Assembly: GCF_048403405.1 (NCBI RefSeq)
Contig: NZ_CP183129.1
Direction: 5' to 3' (one strand)
DNA: 64,000 bases
Origin: Escherichia coli
GTDB lineage: Bacteria > Pseudomonadota > Gammaproteobacteria > Enterobacterales > Enterobacteriaceae
The position numbers were made by a program, and so were the translations under genes. Shown here in pieces: positions 28,148-37,140 of the stretch (position 1 is its first letter; the number at the start of each line of letters is the position of its first letter). The notes beneath the pieces were generated by a model. It was not told the origin of the DNA and did no database searches. It saw nothing but the letters and a program-made list of their open reading frames with translations.

Positions 28148-28504
28148 ATGTCTGTTTTACTGCCAGAAAACAAACCGTTTTCATTTCTGAGTCTGATCAT
28201 GCAACGGCTGTACCGTTTTTATGACCGTATACCGTTTGTTTCGTCAGGGATACCCGGTGAATTACCGTGGATAAGTAACCGAACCGGCCGGCGCGCTTAC
28301 CGTGCGACGGTGGTGAAAGTGAATCCCCGGCAGTTCAGGATCCGCATTACTGTACGTCTGGGCGCGCATTCGAAAGAATACCGCTTTCATTCGTTGATAA
28401 CCTCGCTGGACAGCAGGACATTTTGTTCCATAAAAGCGGCCTCCCGTGCCGGATTTGCACTGACATACCAGCTGGCACAGGTGCGTTATGCCTGGTGTCG
28501 CTGA
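28148..28504 (+). CDS. hypothetical protein (ICE cargo)
   Basis: 118-aa ORF following the structured leader. Confidence 0.4.
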   Translation: MSVLLPENKPFSFLSLIMQRLYRFYDRIPFVSSGIPGELPWISNRTGRRAYRATVVKVNPRQFRIRITVRLGAHSKEYRFHSLITSLDSRTFCSIKAASRAGFALTYQLAQVRYAWCR

Positions 28505-28550
28505 TTTGTTGTACTGATAGCACCATTGACTTTTTGTTATGACCCCGCCC

Positions 28551-28592
28551 GGCGGATTGATTTCCGTCAGGAGATGAATCCGCCATTTTTTT
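28551..28592 (+). terminator. Rho-independent terminator
   Basis: Stem ggcggatt / aatccgcc followed by attttttt. Confidence 0.6.
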
Positions 28593-28614
28593 AATCAGAA
28601 TGAGGATTTATCAC

Positions 28615-29127
28615 ATGGGATATACACATTATTTTACACAAAAACAAAGCGTTGACCCCCTGATGTGGCAGAACTTCCGTGAACATCTGGACAAGCTCTA
28701 TCACCACTATCTGGCCAATCCCATATCCGCAGAGCAGATTTGCGGCGGATACCCAGATAAACCTATTGTGTTGTGTGATGGCCTGGAGGAAAAACGGCTG
28801 AATGATGGCTCATTATTCACCGACGACGGTGAGGCGCTTTGTTTTAACGGTAATGCGGCTGATGACATGAATCATGAGACGTTTATTGTTCAGCGCGAAA
28901 TCCCCGTAGAGGACTACTGGGATTTCTGCAAGACAGCATACAAACCCTATGACGTGTTTGTAGTCGCGGCATTACTGTTGTTGTACAACCTGTGCCCGGG
29001 ATATTTTTCGGTCTCTTCTGACGGGGATATCCGGGACTGGCAGCCGGTGCTGGACTATGTCAGTCAGGTATTTCCTTATCTTATCCTGACGTTACCGGAA
29101 GGGATAGGTTTACCGGAGGCAGGATAA
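28615..29127 (+). CDS. hypothetical protein (ICE cargo)
   Basis: ORF with gagga RBS 8 nt upstream of ATG 28615 (alternative ATG at 28600). Confidence 0.4.
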   Translation: MGYTHYFTQKQSVDPLMWQNFREHLDKLYHHYLANPISAEQICGGYPDKPIVLCDGLEEKRLNDGSLFTDDGEALCFNGNAADDMNHETFIVQREIPVEDYWDFCKTAYKPYDVFVVAALLLLYNLCPGYFSVSSDGDIRDWQPVLDYVSQVFPYLILTLPEGIGLPEAG

Positions 29128-29774
29128 TGGCCAGAGCCTGTACGATACGGGAACTGATAGCGGATTTATCCCGCTGCAATCCGGAGGCATTCGTCTTGTG
29201 TGAGATGTGGTTCCCCGATGATGTTACCTATGTTGATGAAACGGCTTGTCCGGCAGAGACACGGGCAACATTAACGCATGTTGCACATCATTTTGATGCG
29301 GAGCTGGGGATCAACTGGGACACGCTGGCGTGTGCGTTATCGTGTGTCAGAGATGCTGAGCAGAAGGGACTCGATATTTACTTTTATGCCAGTGAAAAGC
29401 GTGGTACAGACAAAAGCCGGATACCCGCCTCACGTTACGCAGAAGCGGACAGCGACGGCGATATTGAAGTCGGGTATTTCCGTAAGGTTAATGCGCTGTT
29501 TAAGTGGGTGCATGACCATATCGGGGCTTTTGAGAACTGTGAAAAGGTGCTGGTGACAGAGGCCCATCTGCGGGCTTTACAGCAGGACTTGCAGGCACTG
29601 ACACCGGAAAACTGTCAGACACGGTTCCCGACCACTGAGGGCTTTTTCTTTGGTTCAACGGCTTATGATGAGGCGTACTGGGCTGATGTGGAAGGCGTCA
29701 GACGCTGGCTGTCAGAGATAACGGAGACGTTTGACTTTGACGCAGAGTCACTGTTTTTTGTGGCCTGGTGGTAA
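29127..29774 (+). CDS. hypothetical acidic protein (ICE cargo)
   Basis: 215-aa ORF coupled to upstream gene. Confidence 0.4.
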   Translation: MARACTIRELIADLSRCNPEAFVLCEMWFPDDVTYVDETACPAETRATLTHVAHHFDAELGINWDTLACALSCVRDAEQKGLDIYFYASEKRGTDKSRIPASRYAEADSDGDIEVGYFRKVNALFKWVHDHIGAFENCEKVLVTEAHLRALQQDLQALTPENCQTRFPTTEGFFFGSTAYDEAYWADVEGVRRWLSEITETFDFDAESLFFVAWW

Positions 29775-29780
29775 TCAGGT

Positions 29781-29854
29781 AAGGTGTTTCCCCGGGAAGC
29801 ACTGAACACATTTTAATCAGTGTTTCCACTGGAAACGCCGGTTGAAAATTAACC
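29781..29854. promoter_or_regulatory. GTTTCC-N3-GGAAAC palindrome pair upstream of ardC, related to the traD-upstream array
   Basis: gtgtttccccgggaagcac then gtgtttccactggaaacgcc followed by ggttgaaaattaacc (inverse of ggtgaattttcaaac at 3276). Confidence 0.5.
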
Positions 29855-29926
29855 ATATTGTTTTTTCACCTGATGGTGTATCTCACCGTCAGGACGGGAT
29901 ACACCTTTTTTATTGAGGGTATTCCG

Positions 29927-30901
29927 ATGAAAAAATCTGACCGTAAACGCCGTCCGGCAGCGGATAAGCCGGTTCGCGATATTTATCAGGAAGTGACTGA
30001 CCGTATTGTGGCCGCGCTGGAAAAAGGCACCCGTCCGTGGAAACGACCATGGCGGCCGTCGGAAGGGACAGGCACCGGTTTTCCGGTGAACGCCCTGACC
30101 GGTCATTCCTACCAGGGGATAAATGTGCTGCTGTTATGGTTGTCGGCGGCGGAGCAGGGCTTTGGTTACGATATCTGGCTGACTTACCGTCAGGCACAGC
30201 AACTGGGTGGCCATGTCCGTAAAGGCGAAATGGCGACGAATACTGTGATATTCAAACCGGTGAAGGTGCCGGCAAAAGACCGTCACGGTGAGCTGCTGCG
30301 GGATGAACACGGTGAGGTGGTGATGACGGAGGTGCCGATGATAAAGGCGAATCCGTTATTTAACATAGCCCAGTGTGATGACCTGCCGGCGCATTTTTAC
30401 GAAAACCGGCGACTACCCGGAGAGGAGACAGCAGGGATAACCCTGCCGGCCACGCACCGGGTGCTGGATATCCTGAATGCCAGCGGCGTGAAGGTGACCA
30501 GTGCGGCGCAGAACCGGGCGTATTACAGTCCGTCACAGGACCGGATTGTGATGCCGCTGTCGTCACAGTTTGACCGGAATGCCGATTACCAGGCCACCTT
30601 ACTGCATGAGTTGGTGCACAGTACCGGTCATCCGTCCAGGCTGGCCCGTGAAGGCATCACCTCATCGTCCCTGAAGTTTGGTGACCCGCTGTACAGTTTT
30701 GAGGAGCTGGTTGCGGAAATGGGCAGCGCTTTTCTTTGTGCGCAGTTAAGCGTCGAGGGAGAAGTGAACCATGAAAGCTATCTTGACAGCTGGCTGCGGG
30801 TACTGAAATCGGACAAAAAAGCGTTGTTCCGGGCCGCCGGGCAGGCCCGCCAGGCCTGTGAGTTTTTACTGAATGTGGCCGCATCCCGACAGGCCGCGTA
30901 G
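29927..30901 (+). CDS. ardC: ArdC-like antirestriction protein (ssDNA-binding N-domain plus zincin-like metalloprotease domain)
   Basis: HExxH motif in LLHELVHSTGH, size about 325 aa, basic N-terminus; RBS gaggg. Confidence 0.7.
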   Translation: MKKSDRKRRPAADKPVRDIYQEVTDRIVAALEKGTRPWKRPWRPSEGTGTGFPVNALTGHSYQGINVLLLWLSAAEQGFGYDIWLTYRQAQQLGGHVRKGEMATNTVIFKPVKVPAKDRHGELLRDEHGEVVMTEVPMIKANPLFNIAQCDDLPAHFYENRRLPGEETAGITLPATHRVLDILNASGVKVTSAAQNRAYYSPSQDRIVMPLSSQFDRNADYQATLLHELVHSTGHPSRLAREGITSSSLKFGDPLYSFEELVAEMGSAFLCAQLSVEGEVNHESYLDSWLRVLKSDKKALFRAAGQARQACEFLLNVAASRQAA

Positions 30902-30910
30902 GAGACTGCG

Positions 30911-31210
30911 ATGAACAAAATGACCATTATCCGCTTTCAGTTACTGGTACATCAGTTACTGCAAGTGCATTACGGCATTACGCTGAGTGATACCGGATTG
31001 TCCGATGATGCTGAGGTGTCCCGGATGATTGAACTCGGGATATCGCCGGTATCGGTGGTCAACCGTCTGGTGGATAAGTACCACCTGGATAAACTGAATG
31101 CATCCTGTTATCTGCCGGCATCCCCGTATGTCAGTGACAGCGATGCCTTACTTGCACAGGCTCAGCTGAGCGGTGCCATTAACCCGGATGTCATGCCGGA
31201 TAATCCTTAA
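30911..31210 (+). CDS. hypothetical protein
   Basis: 99-aa ORF coupled downstream of ardC. Confidence 0.4.
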   Translation: MNKMTIIRFQLLVHQLLQVHYGITLSDTGLSDDAEVSRMIELGISPVSVVNRLVDKYHLDKLNASCYLPASPYVSDSDALLAQAQLSGAINPDVMPDNP

Positions 31211-31230
31211 CGATTAACGACTGACATCTT

Positions 31231-31286
31231 TCCCGTGAGGGCTTGTTCCTCACGGGATAAGCCCTCTTTTTTATTCTGAAAAGAGG
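31231..31286 (+). promoter_or_regulatory. Tandem hairpins (terminator/attenuator-like) with second hairpin covering the RBS of the 31295 gene
   Basis: tcccgtgagg / cctcacggga 10-bp stem, then cctctttt / aaaagagg stem ending 8 nt before ATG. Confidence 0.45.
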
Positions 31287-31294
31287 ACATCATC

Positions 31295-32296
31295 ATGCCA
31301 AACTGGTGCTCGAACCGACTTGACATCACCTTACACAACGCGGCGGATATGCCGGCTCTTAAACACTGGATATATGCGGATGATGGGATACCCGCCTGGC
31401 AGACGGCGATAGCACAAAGTCTGCATTTGTTGCTGGCCGGCTGCGCGGGGATACTGAAACCGGTCAGACCGCTGTCTTTTCCGCCGTTACCGGAACTGAC
31501 TTCATACGGTGCAACCGGGCCTGTTTCCCCGGGAAACACGGCTTTCACGCACTGGGTTGACCTGCTGATGACTGCACCGGATTTGACACCGTCATGTTGT
31601 CAGCAAATCCATCAGTGGTATCAGATGTGGTTATCTGAAGGCGGGGCGTACCATTCCTGGGACTCGCTGACGGCGACGCAGAAAGCGAGACTGTCCCCGT
31701 TGTTATCGGGAAGCAGTTTTGACTGGCTTAACCGGTTTACCGGAGAGGATGAGAGCCGGGTGGCGACAGCCTGGGAGGATATTCAGTACCTTCGCAGTAC
31801 CGGAGAAGCCATACCGATGGATATGCGGACTCTGTTACCGACCAGCCTTGCGGCTGAATTACACGGTTTTAACGGCTGTTTATGGAAAACACCGGAGGTC
31901 ATCTGGCGGCAGGCGCGCTGGCAGGCGTTTGCCCCCGGTAACAGTACATATCACCTTTATCAGTGCCGTTATGGTGTGAAATGGCCGAACGGCAGTGGTT
32001 TTCACTGTATTGATGGCGGGTATGCGACGGAGTTATCCGCAGAGTTTGATACTCCGTGGGGGCCGCCGTCAGCAGCGGTTTTGTGTGCTCTGTCTGCGCG
32101 TTTCCGCTGTCAGGTCCGTCATGTCTATGCCGAAGAAGGCTGTGGTTTCTGCGGATACAGCGAGTATGACCATGGCCGGTTAACCGACCATGAATCTGAT
32201 GAGATTGAGTTCAGTGATGAAGAGAATGAGGACGGTTTCCAGGATGTGACGGGACCGGACTATATTCTTGATTCATTGCCACATTACGGAGGGTGA
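31295..32296 (+). CDS. hypothetical protein (N-terminus MPNWCSN; possibly DUF1281-like, unverified)
   Basis: 333-aa ORF, Trp-rich N-domain, acidic C-terminus. Confidence 0.45.
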   Translation: MPNWCSNRLDITLHNAADMPALKHWIYADDGIPAWQTAIAQSLHLLLAGCAGILKPVRPLSFPPLPELTSYGATGPVSPGNTAFTHWVDLLMTAPDLTPSCCQQIHQWYQMWLSEGGAYHSWDSLTATQKARLSPLLSGSSFDWLNRFTGEDESRVATAWEDIQYLRSTGEAIPMDMRTLLPTSLAAELHGFNGCLWKTPEVIWRQARWQAFAPGNSTYHLYQCRYGVKWPNGSGFHCIDGGYATELSAEFDTPWGPPSAAVLCALSARFRCQVRHVYAEEGCGFCGYSEYDHGRLTDHESDEIEFSDEENEDGFQDVTGPDYILDSLPHYGG

Positions 32297-32379
32297 GGTT
32301 TCCGTACTGATTTAACTGACTGAAAACCCGGTAGTGATACCGGGTTTTTTTATTTTTTTCGGAAAACTAATTTCGGCTT

Positions 32380-32766
32380 TTGTTTTATTCCCGCATTGTT
32401 ATCGTGATGCCGTCATTGAATGAGATGGGGGAGAGTGTGATGAGATGTGAATTTGGGCAGGGTGTGAGGGAGTGGGCTCAGGATTTTTGGAATGAAATTC
32501 TGTTTCCTTTTTTTGTCACAGCCGGACTTTTGTTGCCACTGATTCTGGTTGTGGGCGTTTTCCTGGTCTGGGATGAACAGCGCCAGGCTGAGTGGGGGCG
32601 TTATTACCTGACGGAATGTCAGTTGGTGGAAAGAAACAGAAATGCGGGCTTCTGGTCAGGTCGGGAAAATATTCTGCAATGCGGAATGACCCGGGAGCAT
32701 GTGAATGCGGACGCGTATGAAAAGGCCATCCGTGCCTGGCAGCAGAAACAGACAGAGACAGAATAA
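32380..32766 (+). CDS. hypothetical membrane protein
   Basis: 128-aa ORF with one hydrophobic helix. Confidence 0.35.
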   Translation: MFYSRIVIVMPSLNEMGESVMRCEFGQGVREWAQDFWNEILFPFFVTAGLLLPLILVVGVFLVWDEQRQAEWGRYYLTECQLVERNRNAGFWSGRENILQCGMTREHVNADAYEKAIRAWQQKQTETE

Positions 32767-32941
32767 TAAAACATTATTCATGTAATCTTCTGTTTTGTTG
32801 CCGGAATTATTTTTGTGGATGAGTTAACGTAATGAAAATAAGGTGCATTTATTATTTATTCTTATCCTGATATTAAAATAATTTATGTTTTATTTAATGT
32901 TGCGTTGTTGTTTTTACCGAATTAAAGAGGCAGTAACACCG

Positions 32942-34534
32942 ATGTTACCGTGGTTTCGTAAATCGCTTTCCCGGAAAGCGGAAGAGAAAACATTGCGTGT
33001 TTCCCCGGGAAACACGCAGGAAAGGCCATTATTTATCCGTGACAGTGACGGCTTTTATTTACCGCAGGCAGCTGACGTATTGCTGACCACACCGCAGCGG
33101 CAAAACTGGTTACAGCAAATCAGCCGGGTGGTAGCGTTACCGGATAACCAGTACCGGGCACTTTGCCTGTCTCCTTTGCAGACGCTGGCAGAACGACTTC
33201 AGTGTGTGCCGGCATCAAAAACCGGGAAATATGCCGGCGAAGGGGGATTGCTGGATTTAACGCTGAATACGACAGCCTGGTGTATGCGGATGTCCCAGAA
33301 AGAGATGCTGCCCCGCGGGCTTCCGTCGGAAGAGCAGAGCCGTCAGTTCAGCGCCTGGAATGTGTGTGTTTTTTATACCGGACTGTTTTACTGGTTACCG
33401 TTAACGGCACAGTTTGAGGGACAACTGAACAGCCTGTCGGCGTGGCAGCCGGGGATGAGTGCGCCCACCGTACCGTATCGTTTTCGCTTTCATGAGCCGG
33501 TGCCGGATATGACGCATTTTCGCCGGACGACGGGGGCCATGATGGCTTTCCGGCTATTACCGGAGAAGGTAATCCACTGGTTGTCGGGTACACCAAAGGC
33601 GCTTCAGGCGTTGTCTGACGTGGTGACCGAGCCGGTAAACGGTGATAATGATTTACAGCGTGTGCTGAATGAGGCTCTGGCTGCGTTCCCCGCCGGTGCA
33701 TTGCCGGCATTTTCTTCCGTTGTTTCTATGTCAGCGCCTGATGCTTCGTCTTCAGTGCTATCAGGGCAGCCGGAGAATGATATCGCGTCATTGGCGCCTG
33801 CTGAATTGGCGCAAAAGCCACAACCTGAAACTCCGTCTGTAACATCTGTATTGCCTCCGGAGTCTGTTACTTCAGAAAAAACAGAGAACGGAATTCACTG
33901 CGATATACCGCTAATGGTAGTTGCAGAAGCAGAAGGTGCGGTTGTCCATGGGGCACTTGATTCTGCTGATGAAAAAACTGTCTCAGATATGTCTCCTCCG
34001 TTATCTGAGGATATGAAATATGCACTTGAATTATCAGGTTTAATGCCGGAAATCTTATCTGATACTCAGACGGGCAATCGTGATGAGAAGGATGAACAGC
34101 GCGAAAACTGTCTGAGTATAAAAAATGAAGGAGAGGCTTTCTGGGCGTGGTTTAAGTCCGGATTATTGGGCGGAAAACTGGCAATAAATACGCCGGATGC
34201 GAAGGTTCACTGTGTCATGGAGTATTTGTTTTGCCAGAGTCCGGCTGTTTTTTATCAGTACATACAGGAGGCGGGTAAAAATCCGGATGATATCGGCCAT
34301 ATTATTTCTTCTTTTGAATCCCTTAAATTGCACCGGATTATTCGTCATGATACCCGACAAACAGGGCATTTCAGGGCTCGAATTTATGGTGAAAAACTGA
34401 ATCCGCTGAGTGATAACAAAACATTAATTACGTTATCCCATAAAAAAATCAATGGTTACATGATTAAAGGACGTCAGATTTTTGGCATGAATATGCCGGA
34501 GGAATCATTGTTTATTCGTATTGTCGGAAGTTAA
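32942..34534 (+). CDS. large ICE protein next to the integrase; putative relaxase-like (positional inference only)
   Basis: 530-aa ORF with aagagg RBS and AT-rich promoter region; no recognisable relaxase motif found by eye. Confidence 0.3.
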   Translation: MLPWFRKSLSRKAEEKTLRVSPGNTQERPLFIRDSDGFYLPQAADVLLTTPQRQNWLQQISRVVALPDNQYRALCLSPLQTLAERLQCVPASKTGKYAGEGGLLDLTLNTTAWCMRMSQKEMLPRGLPSEEQSRQFSAWNVCVFYTGLFYWLPLTAQFEGQLNSLSAWQPGMSAPTVPYRFRFHEPVPDMTHFRRTTGAMMAFRLLPEKVIHWLSGTPKALQALSDVVTEPVNGDNDLQRVLNEALAAFPAGALPAFSSVVSMSAPDASSSVLSGQPENDIASLAPAELAQKPQPETPSVTSVLPPESVTSEKTENGIHCDIPLMVVAEAEGAVVHGALDSADEKTVSDMSPPLSEDMKYALELSGLMPEILSDTQTGNRDEKDEQRENCLSIKNEGEAFWAWFKSGLLGGKLAINTPDAKVHCVMEYLFCQSPAVFYQYIQEAGKNPDDIGHIISSFESLKLHRIIRHDTRQTGHFRARIYGEKLNPLSDNKTLITLSHKKINGYMIKGRQIFGMNMPEESLFIRIVGS

Positions 34535-34549
34535 AAGCAGGAGGTGTTT

Positions 34550-35620
34550 ATGAAAGATAATCACAGTTCTGATGAACATCAGCAGAAAGTGGATGTATGG
34601 GAGCAAATGCTGAGTAATTACTTTTACAATAAAGTATTACGGCCGGATACGGAGAAAACATACCGTAAGATGGTACGTCTTTTTCTGCGTTATTGCGGAG
34701 TTTGTGAAAATGCGTTACCGCTACCGGATGAAGTGACACATGAGCATGTGCTGAGATGGCGAAGAAATGAGCTGAATATTCAGAAAGTCCGGGAACGGAC
34801 ATGGAACACAAAAACCAGGCATATGCAGTCTCTGTATAATTATTGGATCAAAAAAGGGATTGTTTCACTTAAAGAAAACCCGTTCTCAGAAACACAAATT
34901 GAACCGGGTGAAAAACAGAAAAAAGTCTATACACAATCACAACTGAGAACGATTTATCGTATTCTGGAACAATTTCAGCAACAGGAAAATATGCTGCCAC
35001 CTGATCAGGCTCACTTTCAGGCATGTGCGGTTTATCCCACTCGATTCTGGTTTGCTGTGCTGGAAACGCTGAGGCTGACGGCTATTCGTTTTAACCAGCT
35101 GATTAACCTGCATATTGGCGATCTGGATTTTGAGGAGTGTACGATCACATTGCGCAGTGAAAGCAGTAAAAATCACCGGGAATATCAGATTGCTTTTGTT
35201 CAGCCACTACGTTGTTTACTGGCGCCCTTGGTTGAGGAAATGCGTTGTCACGGGGCGGATAAAAACGATATTTTGTTTGATGTTCATCGTCTTTATCATA
35301 AACGACTATCCCGCTCTGAAACTCCACTCAGTCAGACGATACGTTCTTTTTTCCGTCGTTTATCAAAGGAATGTGGATTTCATGTCAGTCCCCATCGTTT
35401 CAGACATACACTGGCGACGACATTAATGAAACATCCTGAACGTAATATGCAATTGACGAAACAGATGTTAGGACACCGTAGTCTCTCTTCAACTATGGAA
35501 TATATTGCTCTGGATGCATACAGTACAGTCAGGATCTTGGAGAATGAGTTAGGTGAGTTTTTAACAATGGGATTAGGTGGTGAACTTACAAGGCTAGCAT
35601 CAAAAAGACAGAGGATGTGA
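34550..35620 (+). CDS. int: tyrosine site-specific integrase (ICE integrase)
   Basis: C-terminal catalytic region HRFRHTLAT ... LGHRSLSSTMEYI; RBS gcaggagg; adjacent to tRNA-Phe. Confidence 0.85.
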   Translation: MKDNHSSDEHQQKVDVWEQMLSNYFYNKVLRPDTEKTYRKMVRLFLRYCGVCENALPLPDEVTHEHVLRWRRNELNIQKVRERTWNTKTRHMQSLYNYWIKKGIVSLKENPFSETQIEPGEKQKKVYTQSQLRTIYRILEQFQQQENMLPPDQAHFQACAVYPTRFWFAVLETLRLTAIRFNQLINLHIGDLDFEECTITLRSESSKNHREYQIAFVQPLRCLLAPLVEEMRCHGADKNDILFDVHRLYHKRLSRSETPLSQTIRSFFRRLSKECGFHVSPHRFRHTLATTLMKHPERNMQLTKQMLGHRSLSSTMEYIALDAYSTVRILENELGEFLTMGLGGELTRLASKRQRM

Positions 35621-35637
35621 TATAAATAAAAAATATT

Positions 35638-35671
35638 TACACAAAGTTGACTATTTTATCAACTTTGTGTA
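35638..35671. promoter_or_regulatory. Perfect 13-bp inverted repeat downstream of int (terminator or integrase/att-associated site)
   Basis: tacacaaagttga ctatttta tcaactttgtgta; a second hairpin aagggtgtt/aacaccctt lies at 35690-35714. Confidence 0.4.
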
Positions 35672-35853
35672 TAAGCTGGATTTGATTGAGAAGGGTGTTC
35701 TAGGAAAACACCCTTACTTGATAAATCATTGTCAACCACGTGAGAAGTCATGAACGTGATTACAACTGAAATTCAAGTTTTAACCGAGCGTTGGAGATCT
35801 CACTTCCAGCGACCGTGCTAGGGAAACGGTTACACCATTTCCGAAAGGAAAGA

Positions 35854-35929
35854 TGGTGCCCGGACTCGGAATCGAACCAAGGACACGGGGATTTTCAATC
35901 CCCTGCTCTACCGACTGAGCTATCCGGGC
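35854..35929 (-). tRNA. pheV: tRNA-Phe (GAA anticodon)
   Basis: Reverse complement reads GCCCGGATAGCTCAGTCGGTAGAGCAGGGGATTGAAAATCCCCGTGTCCTTGGTTCGATTCCGAGTCCGGGCACCA, the canonical E. coli tRNA-Phe, 76 nt with CCA. Confidence 0.95.
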
Positions 35930-36034
35930 AACGGGGCGCATTAAACCTGATTCGCCTCGTCTCGTCAATCAAATTTCTTCAATTTAGTGCAGACTGCACA
36001 ATCTATCATCACTTTGCCGCTATTGCACGCATTG

Positions 36035-36742
36035 TCAGGCAAACCAGGCGGTCCAGGCGGCGGAAAGCGGCATTGCCAGAAGGAGTGCTGGAAGCATGTT
36101 GACCACCGGGAACATTTTAATGCCACAGATGCGTAATCCGGTTGCCAGCAGCAATAAACCGCCTACGGCGCTGAAGTCTGCCATCATCGACGGTGTGGTC
36201 AGCGGTAATATCAGCGCGGCAGCCCACGCCAGCGTTAACTGGATGATCAGTAATGGAATGCTAATCACCGACACCGCAATACCCAGCGAGCAGGCGAAGA
36301 TCATCGCCGTAAAGAAATCAAGAAATGACTTGGCGATTAAAATACTTGGATCGCCGGTCATCCCTTCGTTCATCGCCCCGAAGATTCCGGTGCCGCTGGC
36401 GCAAAACAGGACAATAATCGCGACAAAATTCTGAATAAAAGATTCATGCGCTGGCTTCTTACGCGAGTGGTGAAACAGATTATGCGCTTTGGCGACCACT
36501 GTATTGACGCCTTTTTCCAGCAGACAAATTTCGCCGATTAATGCTCCGAGTAAGGTTGCTAAAACCATCGCCGGAAGGTTGGCGCATTTCACCACCAGTA
36601 AAATACCAATCCCCAGCGATGCCAGACCAAAAATTGATGTCATGGAGACGCGGATACGTTCCGGTAAGCGTTGGCTAAGGAGTGCGCCGAAAACGCCACC
36701 CAGTAAGACTGCACTTGCGTTGATAAAAGGGCCGATGACCAC
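36035..36742 (-). CDS. yqgA: DUF554 family inner membrane protein YqgA
   Basis: 235-aa polytopic membrane protein in the conserved pheV-yqgA-speC arrangement. Confidence 0.8.
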   Translation of the reverse strand: MVIGPFINASAVLLGGVFGALLSQRLPERIRVSMTSIFGLASLGIGILLVVKCANLPAMVLATLLGALIGEICLLEKGVNTVVAKAHNLFHHSRKKPAHESFIQNFVAIIVLFCASGTGIFGAMNEGMTGDPSILIAKSFLDFFTAMIFACSLGIAVSVISIPLLIIQLTLAWAAALILPLTTPSMMADFSAVGGLLLLATGLRICGIKMFPVVNMLPALLLAMPLSAAWTAWFA

Positions 36743-37140
36743 AAGAGTTCCTGTTAGCTGTATTGTTTGATTTTCTTATTATGAACTTTTGGCGCCATCG
36801 ATGGCTTGTTTGTTCGCAAAGTCCTGGCTTGCACGCTTTAGCGAAAGGTGCCATGATTGCGCGAATTTTCTCCTCTCTGTACGGAGTTTGCCCGATGCAC
36901 GCCACCTCCTTACATTCTCTCGCTTATCGCCGTTTCGCGCGAAACTCTTCTCTTTTTATGCTACTGCTCATGCGGTGAAGTTAACGTACGCTCACTGCAG
37001 GACAACAGTAAAATCAGAGCGTTTCTGCTTTTACTGATGTCTGGTGGTCGGAGCTGGTGACCAGTTTGACCCATATCTCATGGGGCAGGGTTTTCCACCT
37101 TGTCCGGTATTCTTACTTCCCCTAAACGGGTTTTGCGCTT

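Larger units (their letters stand above)
1..35853. mobile_element. Integrative conjugative element (pKLC102/PAPI-1/ICEclc/PFGI-1-type), right-hand portion; extends beyond 5' edge of window; right junction at tRNA-Phe 3' end
   Basis: GC-rich block encoding TraD-like coupling protein, VirB4/TraC-like ATPase, TraU-like, TraG-like and multiple small membrane proteins in one orientation, terminal tyrosine integrase adjacent to tRNA-Phe; composition differs from the flanking E. coli-type core. Confidence 0.8.

Noticed and set aside
32942-34534. Confident relaxase (TraI/MobH) call
   Set aside because: I could not identify a relaxase motif by eye; the suggestion rests only on gene position next to the integrase, so it is kept as a low-confidence feature.
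1-35853. Left ICE junction (attL) within the window
   Set aside because: No second copy of the tRNA-Phe 3' end was found by inspection and GC-rich ICE genes run to position 1, so the element start is upstream of the window.
35791-36102. 103-aa plus-strand ORF
   Set aside because: Overlaps the tRNA-Phe gene and the end of yqgA; no coding support.
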